Both the position numbers and the translations under genes were made by a program. Positions 20,651 to 30,215 of a stretch of 64,000 nucleotides of DNA are shown here, in pieces. Below the pieces are notes generated by a model, which saw nothing but the letters and a program-made list of their open reading frames with translations, searched no databases and had not been told where the DNA came from. Numbering within the stretch: the stretch's first letter is position 1; the number at the start of each line of letters is the position of its first letter. This DNA is from a virus: IMG/VR virus record IMGVR_UViG_3300026189_000002, positions 1 to 64,000 of that record; one strand, given 5' to 3'.

Positions 20651-23600
20651 ATGGCCATTATTCCTATAACAGGAGATAATTTACAGATATACAAGACTGT
20701 AGCACGTCCAAAAAGGATATTTACTTCATCATCCTTAGACGGCGTAACAGGCTCTTTTTATCTAAATGCCGATTATTCAAAGTCTGTAAAAGATGTGGAC
20801 TTTAATATAACTCGAGGCACTTATGAAGAAAATTCTGTAGAGCAAGCTCGTCAAAAAATAATAGAAATAATAACGGATGAGCCAGAAAATTTTCCTGATC
20901 TAAATGCTACTTTCAGCGTAGATGTTGTTGGAGACGTCGACGTAAAAAGCATTATTGTTCATAATCAAGCCAGAATAGACCCTAACTCTCAACAGGGACC
21001 AGACGCCAAAATTGACGTTAACCGCTTAGGTTCAACTGTAGAATTTACGGCAACAGAAAACGGAAACGTCTCAACAGAAGACGCCGTAATAAGAGGAAGG
21101 ACAGTAAAAGTTTTAAATGGAAATGGCGACGGATTTTTAACCGTCCCCGACGACCCAGTTTTAAATTTTCCAGACGCTAACGGCTTTTCTCTATCTATTT
21201 GGATATATCACCCGGATTCTGATATTCCTGACGGTTCAGAATTCGGTATAGTAAGTAAAGGAAACTCGGGTCAACGAGAATGGAGCCTTTTCTACAAAGA
21301 AAATAATCGCGGTTATTACTTCGAAAGGTTTGATGAATCTTCTAATCATGCCGAAGGAATAATTCTTCGAGATGTTCAGATTGAAACTGGTAAATGGAAC
21401 CATTTTTTAATAACTGATGGCCCAATATCCGGAACGTCTGCTAACGACGATATGCGCTTTTACATCAACGGCTCGCTCAAGACCAGTGAATCGAACAGAT
21501 CAAGTAACTATCAATCCTCTGAAGACTTAGGTGGCGACTTATTTATTGGTTCCGGACCGAAAGGTCCTTTACTGACTGATTTTAAAATTGCTGAAGTAGG
21601 ATTATGGGACAGAGTTTTAAATAACAAAGAACGCCAGTCTGTGTATCAGGATGGGTTTACTTCTGTCTCTAAATCCCCAGTGGAGTATTCAGATGCCGTT
21701 TCAGAACATCTACAGCTTCATGCTGCGTATAGAAAAAACGAGAGGGAGCAATACAAGCTTTATAATATAGCACAGAATACTCAAGATGAAGTTTCTTTAG
21801 TTTGTTCTTCCGGCGGTTCAAATGTATTAACAAGAAAAATAGGGACAAAGAGATATAATTTTACCAGGTTTTCAAATAGAAATGATATGATTGAAATCGA
21901 TAATCATGATCGACTAGATGAAATATTTGGGCCAGACTCTTCAGGACAAATTACTATTTCTGCATGGATTACTTGCACAGGAAACAATACGATTGCTGGG
22001 TTTTCTAGAATACTGGACCTAGGTGGTAACTACCAGCTGTGTATTACAAATGCCGGCAGAATAGGGTTTTACACAATCTACGAAGGAACTAATCATGTAG
22101 GGTGGAAGACATCCAGGTCTATAGGTTCTATACTAGGCCTACAAGATAATAATTTTACCGAAGAAATTCCTGTACACATTGCTGTTTCTTATAATCCCAC
22201 AACATTTGATTTAAGTTTAGACCCAGAACCCCCATGGCGGGAATCTGACGAAACCCCTGTTTTCTTTGTTAATGGAGAAAAAATAGAAGGTATTGTTACT
22301 TCTGGTGCTTCTCAACCATCTGCAGAGACAAGAAAAAGAATAAATTTTCAAAACGAAAAGTCTAGTATAGGAAACAGGACTCAGGGAGATAGACCCTGGA
22401 TAGGAGAAATTTCTGAATTATCTATTTGGAACAAAGCCTTAAGTTGGCAGAACATTATAGCCATATATAATGGAACTAAAAAAACAAAGTCTGGTTTTGA
22501 AGGCATCCAGGAATATATGCAGCTAGTAAAGAATACCGGACAACACATAAGGCAGACAAAAAGACAGGAAGTCAGAAGATATATACCGGGAACCAGGATG
22601 GAAGATAATTTTTTCCATAAGTTTACTATTAGGAATACTTTATTCAAACATTACAGAATACACTATCCTACTGCGCACTGGTCATATACAAATTACCATA
22701 GTTTAAACTTTTTTACTAGTGAAGCTAAAGATGGTCAAGAAAATGATTCTCCTTTTACTATACCAAAAAACAGCGTCATCGCCTATCCGGCTGCGACCAG
22801 CTCATTAGCTGCAGGCGGTGGAGACGTAAATAAACTGGCTCCGTCGAGCTCTTTTACCTTTGACTTCTTTATTAAGCCTAAAGGATCTACGCATAAAGAC
22901 GATGATAGTCAGTGGACTGAAAACTACATGCCTGGATGCATATTGCACATGTCTTCTTGCTATGCCATAAGTTTAACGCCGGGATCTGACCTGGGTCCTG
23001 ATGGTAGGCCTGAATCATACGGTTTAATGCTTCAATTATCTAGCAGTGCAGATGTTCCTCCTCACTCTATATCTTTTGTAGGAGATACTCCACACACTAG
23101 TTTAGCCGGCACAGACACCGGAAACTTTCCTATAGACTCTGACGGTAATGAAATTAACGATGCACTAAAATATCAGCTGTCTTATATATTTACATCTTCG
23201 GCTGGGGCTTTAAAAAGAGACAAGTGGCACCATGTGTCTATTAGGTGGGGTGGAACAGACTCTTTTAACGGATATGGAAACATAACGATAGACGGAAAAA
23301 TAGATAGCCCTTTTGTTTTAAGTGAAACCGTGATTGAGTCCGCGGAGACCGCCAAAAGACCCAATGGCGCGAATCAAGACGATATAAACAATAGAAAACA
23401 TCTTATAATGCAGGATCTTTTGGGTGATAACAACGGCGGAGTGTCGGATCCGGATGCTTTATTTGTAGGAAACTATTATGAGGGAACTAATATAGGGAAT
23501 CAACAAGTAACCCTCTTGTTTGCGCCAAGCATAGCAGAAGAAGAAGGGCTAACTGCATTAAGCCCAGCTCTTACAGGAATTGGAGATATAGATCTAGATT

Positions 23601-24946
23601 ATTCAGAAGATGTAAACAGCGTTGAGCAAGCAGAGCAGGACGACTACAGTGATTTTAACAGTCTAGATAAAGGGGTAACCTTTAGGCATCCGCTTAATGC
23701 AGAAATACATGACATAAAAATATACGATCACTATAGGCTAAATAGGCAAATCGAAGAACAGAGAAAAAGAGGTTCTGAGATAGAACCAGGCTTGCTTTTT
23801 TATGTTCCGCCGTTCTTTATTAAAGAATCTAGGTCTAGATCTATACTGCAGACTCCTTTTCAAAAAATGACTGGATCTACAGACACACCTTTTAATTCTC
23901 ACTTATCTTTTGGCGTTTCGGGATTAGATATTAACTTGGAAAATTTTGTCAAAGATTTTGTGACAGGAGAATATCCTAGGCTTTTTCAACTAAAGTCAGG
24001 TCAGACTATAACGCAGGTAGACGAAGAGGGTTTGACCGCGAATATGATAATGTACGACAAGCCTACTCACAGAAAAAGAAACTATACAATATTACCTTGC
24101 GACAACGGCAGTTTTTATCCAAATTTTGAACTGTTGGCTTCCGGAAGTTCAACGCCTTCACCGGATGAAGACCATCCAGAAGGTAGATTTATAAACGACC
24201 TTGGAAAAAGAGATCTTAGAATGATTTCTTTAAACAACATGCTAAAAGGCGAAGAAAGGATATTGAGTTTTAATGAAGATGGAATAGGCACTATGTCTTC
24301 CGCTATTCTTGCTTCTACGCCTGAAAACCCCACCAGAAATCCTCAAATAGGCTATAGACTAGATTCAAAAAATATAATGACGGTTTTTCAAAGAACCGGC
24401 GACGATTCTTCTAACGAAGTAGTATTTTTCGATATATCCAACTTGTTCTACGGAGATAGAATATATCCAGGCAGTGTAGTCTTGACGGATACGGCCATGA
24501 CTGGATCAGGTGGAGAAATTAATATTACGTTAAAGGATGATGGAAAAGGAAATTTATATAGGGACAATACCAACTCCGAACCTGCAACATGGTCATCGGT
24601 AGGAAATGTTTTATACGACGACGGTATTATAGCTATAAAATCTCCGCATTTATCCCTCTTTGGACTAGATGGATATACTTTAACGTTCGAGGGAGAAAGA
24701 AATATACACACCATGGAATATCAAATTCCCGCTCCAGCTGGTCTAATTAATTCTTCCTCTAACCCACAGTATAAAAAGCTGATACCTTCTGATTATGATT
24801 CAGAAAACGCTGATGAATTCGTTTATATGTCTGGATTACAGCTTCATGATAATAACTTAAACGTAGTCATGCGATCTAATTTCGCTCAACCCATTATAAA
24901 GAGAGATGGAGATCGTATTTTAGTAAAGATAAGAGTGGACTTTTAG
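20651..24946 (+). CDS. Large baseplate/tail protein with LamG domains
   Basis: 1431 aa. LamG motifs FSLSIWI...KWNHFLIT...IAEVGLWDRVL, ITISAWI...ISELSIWNKALS and KWHHVSIRW...IHDIKIYD. C-terminal SSNP...GLQLHD...PIIK...VDF is paralogous to 19400..20641. Confidence 0.65.
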   Translation: MAIIPITGDNLQIYKTVARPKRIFTSSSLDGVTGSFYLNADYSKSVKDVDFNITRGTYEENSVEQARQKIIEIITDEPENFPDLNATFSVDVVGDVDVKSIIVHNQARIDPNSQQGPDAKIDVNRLGSTVEFTATENGNVSTEDAVIRGRTVKVLNGNGDGFLTVPDDPVLNFPDANGFSLSIWIYHPDSDIPDGSEFGIVSKGNSGQREWSLFYKENNRGYYFERFDESSNHAEGIILRDVQIETGKWNHFLITDGPISGTSANDDMRFYINGSLKTSESNRSSNYQSSEDLGGDLFIGSGPKGPLLTDFKIAEVGLWDRVLNNKERQSVYQDGFTSVSKSPVEYSDAVSEHLQLHAAYRKNEREQYKLYNIAQNTQDEVSLVCSSGGSNVLTRKIGTKRYNFTRFSNRNDMIEIDNHDRLDEIFGPDSSGQITISAWITCTGNNTIAGFSRILDLGGNYQLCITNAGRIGFYTIYEGTNHVGWKTSRSIGSILGLQDNNFTEEIPVHIAVSYNPTTFDLSLDPEPPWRESDETPVFFVNGEKIEGIVTSGASQPSAETRKRINFQNEKSSIGNRTQGDRPWIGEISELSIWNKALSWQNIIAIYNGTKKTKSGFEGIQEYMQLVKNTGQHIRQTKRQEVRRYIPGTRMEDNFFHKFTIRNTLFKHYRIHYPTAHWSYTNYHSLNFFTSEAKDGQENDSPFTIPKNSVIAYPAATSSLAAGGGDVNKLAPSSSFTFDFFIKPKGSTHKDDDSQWTENYMPGCILHMSSCYAISLTPGSDLGPDGRPESYGLMLQLSSSADVPPHSISFVGDTPHTSLAGTDTGNFPIDSDGNEINDALKYQLSYIFTSSAGALKRDKWHHVSIRWGGTDSFNGYGNITIDGKIDSPFVLSETVIESAETAKRPNGANQDDINNRKHLIMQDLLGDNNGGVSDPDALFVGNYYEGTNIGNQQVTLLFAPSIAEEEGLTALSPALTGIGDIDLDYSEDVNSVEQAEQDDYSDFNSLDKGVTFRHPLNAEIHDIKIYDHYRLNRQIEEQRKRGSEIEPGLLFYVPPFFIKESRSRSILQTPFQKMTGSTDTPFNSHLSFGVSGLDINLENFVKDFVTGEYPRLFQLKSGQTITQVDEEGLTANMIMYDKPTHRKRNYTILPCDNGSFYPNFELLASGSSTPSPDEDHPEGRFINDLGKRDLRMISLNNMLKGEERILSFNEDGIGTMSSAILASTPENPTRNPQIGYRLDSKNIMTVFQRTGDDSSNEVVFFDISNLFYGDRIYPGSVVLTDTAMTGSGGEINITLKDDGKGNLYRDNTNSEPATWSSVGNVLYDDGIIAIKSPHLSLFGLDGYTLTFEGERNIHTMEYQIPAPAGLINSSSNPQYKKLIPSDYDSENADEFVYMSGLQLHDNNLNVVMRSNFAQPIIKRDGDRILVKIRVDF

Positions 24947-25506
24947 TGATAGTTTTAGGACTAGATATATCAACTAGTTGTACCGGTTATTGCGTAATAG
25001 AAAGAAAAAATAAAGACAATATTCTTTTAGAAGCAGGTGCAATAAAATTAGATAGAAAAAAAGACTTATATCAAAAAGCCGTTGATTTATCTAACGATCT
25101 AGATAGAATAATAAAGAGCTTTAACCCTTCAAAAATAGTTGTAGAAGAAAATCTTCAGTCTTTTAGACCAGGAATGTCATCTGCAAAAACAATACTATCT
25201 TTAGCTAAATTTAACGGAATAACGTGTTATATTTTATACAGTACAACAGGAATTCAGCCGGAATCAATAAATGTAACAACTGCAAGAAATAGGTGTGGCC
25301 TTAAAATATCTAGAAAGTCGAGTCTAGATACTAAGTCCCAAGTTTTAAATTTTATTAAAGAACAAAGTTGTTTTAACGGGTTTCAATGGCCTAAAAAAAC
25401 ATTTACTAGAGGTCCACGAGAAGGAAAGACAGTAGACGATAGCTCTTGCTTTGATATAGCGGATTCAGCAATAGTAGCTATTTCTTCGTTAATTGAACAA
25501 TCGTAA
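24946..25506 (+). CDS. RuvC-like Holliday junction resolvase
   Basis: GTG start. RNase H-fold catalytic pattern VLGLDISTSCTG, IVVEE, DIADS. Confidence 0.8.
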   Translation: MIVLGLDISTSCTGYCVIERKNKDNILLEAGAIKLDRKKDLYQKAVDLSNDLDRIIKSFNPSKIVVEENLQSFRPGMSSAKTILSLAKFNGITCYILYSTTGIQPESINVTTARNRCGLKISRKSSLDTKSQVLNFIKEQSCFNGFQWPKKTFTRGPREGKTVDDSSCFDIADSAIVAISSLIEQS

Positions 25507-25526
25507 TATACGAATATTATTTTATC

Positions 25527-26474
25527 ATGCAAGATAGTAAGAAGCTTAAAGAGCTATGCAAATTAGCTTTTGGAAACGGCGATTTGTCTAGAGATAAAAT
25601 AAACTTCGCTGTTAAATGCCCAGCCTGTAAGGAAACCAGGGCTAATAAAAAAAAGCTTATCGTCAGATTAGATGACGGAAGATATCATTGCTGGGTTTGT
25701 GGAATCAAGGGAAAATCTATAATTTCCTATATCTGCAAAACAAACCCCGGTCTATCGGAAAAAGCAAAGTCGTTAGGGTTTAAGCCTACAAGAGGTAAAG
25801 AGCAAGAAGACTTTGTAACTCTGCCTAAGGATTTTGTTGTTCTTAGCGAATACGAAGGTAGAGACCCCGATATTATTTCTGTTAAAAAAAATTTGGCAAA
25901 GAGAGGCCTTTCTGATTCAGATATATCCAGGTGGAGAATTTTGGCCTGCTCTAAAGGTTCATATAGAAGGCGCGCGATAATACCTTCTTTTGACGTAGAT
26001 GGAAATTTAAATTATTACGTAGCTAGATGCATAGACCAAGGAACAAAGCCAAAGTATAAAAATCCAACTGCAAAAAAGAAAAATATAATATTTAACGAAA
26101 TCGACATAGTTTGGTCCAAACCTATAATTTTAGTAGAAGGTGTTTTTGACGCGATAAAGTGCCCTGAAAACTGTATACCGATTTTAGGTTCTCAACTATC
26201 TAAAGACTCATTATTGTTTAAAAGACTGGTAACTAATCAATCTGAGGTTTATTTATCATTAGACCAAGACATGAAATCTAAAGCTTATGATATAGCTAGC
26301 ATGTTGACATCATCTGGCTGTCCAACTTACGTAAGTTTTGCAGAAGAAGGAAAAGATATAGGCGATATGGATAAAAAATCTGTTATAGATCTATTAAGAT
26401 CATCTGTTTCTTATAGTAGATCTGACAGTATATACCATAGAATATCTAATATAAAAAGTGGATCTATAATTTGA
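25527..26474 (+). CDS. DNA primase-like protein (Zn finger plus TOPRIM)
   Basis: CPAC...YHCWVCG zinc finger, IIPSFD...YYVAR, KYKNP, ILVEGVFDAI, LDQD, KDIGDM. Confidence 0.8.
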   Translation: MQDSKKLKELCKLAFGNGDLSRDKINFAVKCPACKETRANKKKLIVRLDDGRYHCWVCGIKGKSIISYICKTNPGLSEKAKSLGFKPTRGKEQEDFVTLPKDFVVLSEYEGRDPDIISVKKNLAKRGLSDSDISRWRILACSKGSYRRRAIIPSFDVDGNLNYYVARCIDQGTKPKYKNPTAKKKNIIFNEIDIVWSKPIILVEGVFDAIKCPENCIPILGSQLSKDSLLFKRLVTNQSEVYLSLDQDMKSKAYDIASMLTSSGCPTYVSFAEEGKDIGDMDKKSVIDLLRSSVSYSRSDSIYHRISNIKSGSII

Positions 26475-29400
26475 AGAAATATAAGTTTGCTCATTTTGCT
26501 GATGTACACTGGAGAGGATTAACCAGGCACAGTGAATACAAAAGAGCATTTAGTAATGCGTTTGAGACTCTTAGAAACGAGGCTGTAGACGCGATATTTA
26601 TAGCCGGTGATATAGTACATTCAAAAACCCAAGGAATATCGCCTGAGTTGATTGATAGCTTATGCTGGTGGTTTAGAAAGCTAGAAGAAATTGCTCCAAC
26701 CTATGTAGCTTTAGGTAATCATGATGGCCTTATCATGAATAAAGACCGTGAGGATGCGATAAGCCCTATAGTAAGAGCTTTAAATCTTCCGGAGCTATTT
26801 TTATTAAAAAACTCCGTAAACATAAAAGTTGAAGACAAGTTTAACGTATCTAATTTTAGCTGCTTTGATGAAGACTCATGGGGAAAATTAAAAATAGATC
26901 CCGATAGAATAAACATAGCTTTATATCATGGAGCAGTCAGAGGTAGTTTAACTGATATAGACTGGGAACTAGATGGTGAAGTAGAAGCATCGATGTTTTC
27001 AGGTTACGACTTTATATTTTTAGGGGATATACACAAGCAGCAATATCTAGACAAAGAAAAAAGGATAGCTTACTGCGGATCTACAATACAGCAGAACTAC
27101 GGCGAAACTCCAGACAAAGGATTTATGATATGGGAAATCTGCGATAAAAACAATTATAGCTCTAAACACGTAAAAGTTGTTCATGATAGGCCTTTTGTAA
27201 CGATAGATTGGAAGGGGTCTGTAAATAAAACATTAGACGAGGCCGACAATCACCCGGATCACGCTAGATTCAGAATAAAAACATCTGTACCTATAGCTCA
27301 AGGAGAAATAAGGCAGCTTTACTCTGGATTAAAAGAATTTAAGTCCGCTACTGAAATAGTCATGAAGTACGACACGGAAAGACCTGAGTTAACTTTAGAA
27401 TCTTTTAACGGAAATAATTCTAAACTAAAAGTATATACTCCAGAATCAGTAGGAGAAATGATCGTAAATTATTATGAGAAAGCCGGTCTAAGCGAAAGGT
27501 CTAACAATAAATTAAAAGATTTAGTAAACAGGTTTTGGAAAAATGCAATGCAAACCGAAAAAATACCTGGAATATCTTGGCATTTAAAAAAGCTTGAATT
27601 TGATAATACGTTTGGTTATGGCAAAGGAAATTGCATAAACTTTGAGTCTATAGATGGGATATCAGGAATATTTGGCCAAAACAGAGTAGGTAAGTCCTCT
27701 ATATGTGGAACTATAATGTACACAATGTTTAACACAACTGACAGGGGGTCTATATCAAATCTTCACGTAATAAACAGCAGAAAAGGTCATTGTAAGTCTA
27801 AAGCTATAATATCACGCTCCGGAAAAAACTATCTTATAGAAAGACAAACGGTTAAAAAAACTTCTCGCGCAGGTAAAGTTAACGCTACTACTCACCTAAA
27901 CCTATTTGAAGTAGATGAAAACGAAAATATAATATCAGACTTAGCTGGAGAGCAAAGAAGAGATACAGAAAAAGAAATAAGAAAAATAGTAGGAAATCCA
28001 GAAGACTTTTTACTTACGTCACTAGCTAGCCAAGGCGAAATGTCTGCTTTTTTTAAACAAAAAGCTTCTTCTAGAAAAACTGTTCTTTCGAAATTTTTAG
28101 AATTAGATGTGTTTGAAAAATTAGCAGAAGCTGCAAGACCAGAAGCCTCTGGCGTAAGACAGCTTTTAAACTCTGTTCCTAATAGAGATTATGAAGTAAC
28201 AATTTTAGACCTAAGAAATCAGTTAAAGTCTAGACTTCAGCAGAGAGAAAAAGAGTTTTCAGAACTAGATTTGCTTAGGTCTAAAATTAGAAAACTTGAG
28301 TTAACTTTAGCTACTCGCGATGATTCCAGCCTTGTTACTAAAATGGATGTTTCAGAGCAAGAAGATAGAGTAAAAATATTAAGCGATAGAAAAAATGAGT
28401 ATGAAAACCTTATACAAATAACAGAATCTAAGCACAGGACTCTATCTGAAAAATCTGCAAAAATAAGTAATTTCAAAGAAGACTTTCCCATAGAAGACCT
28501 AAGAAGTTCTTTGTCTAATCTTTCAGATCTGCAAAACAACCTAGATAGACTAGAGCACGAGTCAGACATAGAAAAGTCTAAGCTTAAAAATTTTAAAAAA
28601 GAAGTATCTAAGTTAACAGAGGTTCCATGTGGAGATCAGTTTCCTAGTTGCAAATATATAACAAGCGCTCATAGAGCAAAAAAACAAATAGACAAAGTAA
28701 ACGATAATATATCGCTCTTAAGATCAGATATTAGAGCTACTAATTCTGCAATAAAAAAGTTAGCTAAGCAAAACATAGAGGAAAAAATAGAAAAATTTAA
28801 CGAGCTTATATCCAAGCTTAATAATTTTACAGTTGAAAAATCTAAACTAGAAATAGAGCTAAATAACCTAAAGAACAGTTACGAAAATACAAATAAAGAC
28901 CTAAGAGTTCAAGAAGCTGAGCTAGATGAAAAAAGAGCAAACTTATCTTCTGACTCTAATGCAGATCAACTTTATTCTCTTAGAAAAAAACTAAAATCTA
29001 TGAAAAGGTCTGCTGCAGAACTTGAAGAAAAGTACTCTATATCTTCTGAAAAGATAGGCCTTTTGCAATCCGATATAGATAAAAACATTGAACAGAAAGA
29101 AGAGTTTGATAGACTAAAAGAAGACTGGCGAATTTTTGAACTGTTTATAAGCGCAACATCTAAAAACGGAATTCCTTTAGAAGTTATTAGGGCTAGACTC
29201 CCAGAGATAAACTCTGAAATAGCTTCTATACTTCAAGGAGTTGCTGGATTTACAGTTGAGCTAGAGTCGGATGAAGGCTCCAATGAAATGAATATATACA
29301 TAAACTACGGAGATTCTAAAAGAATAATAGAATGTTGCTCTGGGATGGAAAAAATGATGGCAGCTATGGCAATAAGAGTTGCGCTAACTAACGTATCTTC

Positions 29401-29611
29401 TTTACCCAAGGCTAGCATATTAATAATAGATGAAGGCTTTGGCGCTTTGGACAGCAGCAACCTAGAAGCTTGCAGCAGGTTCTTAGAGTCTTTAAAAAAA
29501 TGGTTTAGGACTATTATCGTTATATCTCACATAGACGCCATAAAAGATGCAGCAGACAATATAATAGAAGTTTCTAGAAAAGGACCAGACGCTCATGTTT
29601 CAGTCAAGTAG
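26471..29611 (+). CDS. Fused Mre11/SbcD nuclease - Rad50/SbcC ATPase (T4 gp47-gp46-like)
   Basis: Phosphoesterase motifs AHFADVH, AGDIVH, GNHD, YHG, LGDIH, YCGS. Walker A GQNRVGKSS, coiled coil, signature CSGME, Walker B IIDEGFGALD, ISH. Confidence 0.9.
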   Translation: MKKYKFAHFADVHWRGLTRHSEYKRAFSNAFETLRNEAVDAIFIAGDIVHSKTQGISPELIDSLCWWFRKLEEIAPTYVALGNHDGLIMNKDREDAISPIVRALNLPELFLLKNSVNIKVEDKFNVSNFSCFDEDSWGKLKIDPDRINIALYHGAVRGSLTDIDWELDGEVEASMFSGYDFIFLGDIHKQQYLDKEKRIAYCGSTIQQNYGETPDKGFMIWEICDKNNYSSKHVKVVHDRPFVTIDWKGSVNKTLDEADNHPDHARFRIKTSVPIAQGEIRQLYSGLKEFKSATEIVMKYDTERPELTLESFNGNNSKLKVYTPESVGEMIVNYYEKAGLSERSNNKLKDLVNRFWKNAMQTEKIPGISWHLKKLEFDNTFGYGKGNCINFESIDGISGIFGQNRVGKSSICGTIMYTMFNTTDRGSISNLHVINSRKGHCKSKAIISRSGKNYLIERQTVKKTSRAGKVNATTHLNLFEVDENENIISDLAGEQRRDTEKEIRKIVGNPEDFLLTSLASQGEMSAFFKQKASSRKTVLSKFLELDVFEKLAEAARPEASGVRQLLNSVPNRDYEVTILDLRNQLKSRLQQREKEFSELDLLRSKIRKLELTLATRDDSSLVTKMDVSEQEDRVKILSDRKNEYENLIQITESKHRTLSEKSAKISNFKEDFPIEDLRSSLSNLSDLQNNLDRLEHESDIEKSKLKNFKKEVSKLTEVPCGDQFPSCKYITSAHRAKKQIDKVNDNISLLRSDIRATNSAIKKLAKQNIEEKIEKFNELISKLNNFTVEKSKLEIELNNLKNSYENTNKDLRVQEAELDEKRANLSSDSNADQLYSLRKKLKSMKRSAAELEEKYSISSEKIGLLQSDIDKNIEQKEEFDRLKEDWRIFELFISATSKNGIPLEVIRARLPEINSEIASILQGVAGFTVELESDEGSNEMNIYINYGDSKRIIECCSGMEKMMAAMAIRVALTNVSSLPKASILIIDEGFGALDSSNLEACSRFLESLKKWFRTIIVISHIDAIKDAADNIIEVSRKGPDAHVSVK

Positions 29612-29849
29612 AATTATAGTACATTCAAAAAAAATAAACATAACATGTGAGGTTTGTAATTTCGTAGCAAGAGATTATGAGGACATAGAATGTATTGAAA
29701 AAAATGGGTCTTGTACAGAGTGCTATGGAAACTTTGCATTTAATGATATGGAAGCATGGTTAGCAAACAAAAAACCTTCATCAGAACTTGCGAGAAAGAA
29801 GATGGGGATTCATAATTATAAAACAGTCGACGATGGAGGACTTAAATGA
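29595..29849 (+). CDS. Small Cys-rich (putative zinc-binding) hypothetical protein
   Basis: CEVC...CTEC pairs. Overlaps both neighbours. Confidence 0.55.
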   Translation: MFQSSRIIVHSKKINITCEVCNFVARDYEDIECIEKNGSCTECYGNFAFNDMEAWLANKKPSSELARKKMGIHNYKTVDDGGLK

Positions 29850-30214
29850 ACGAACTAAATATAGTTTCGCAAATACTAGACAGCACTTATGGACATCCTA
29901 GCAAAAGTGCTTCTTATTCACTTAAACACAGCTTAAACGGAAATGTATTAGAACTAAAATATAGTACCATAGTTCATTTTGCTAGCGAGCAAGGACTACA
30001 TAAGCAGATGGCTGTTCTAAGAGACCGGTCTAGTCAGATAATTGATAGCGTGTTGTCTAATTTAAAATCAGACTTTAGAGAGAAGGCAGACGCGACTTTA
30101 AAGATTGAAGACAAAGGCGGAAAAGATGATTTGGAATTAATATCTGCAACCGCAAACTCTTTAAGAAAAGTTGCTTACTACAAGTGTAACAGGGTTTTAG
30201 AGCTAAACGTCTAA
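29846..30214 (+). CDS. Hypothetical protein immediately upstream of the terminase
   Basis: Strong SD GGAGGA and ATGA overlap. 122 aa. Confidence 0.65.
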   Translation: MNELNIVSQILDSTYGHPSKSASYSLKHSLNGNVLELKYSTIVHFASEQGLHKQMAVLRDRSSQIIDSVLSNLKSDFREKADATLKIEDKGGKDDLELISATANSLRKVAYYKCNRVLELNV

Positions 30215-30215
30215 A

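Noticed and set aside
29846-30214. Terminase small subunit assignment
   Set aside because: Only its position supports this. No recognisable TerS motif was found, so it is left hypothetical.
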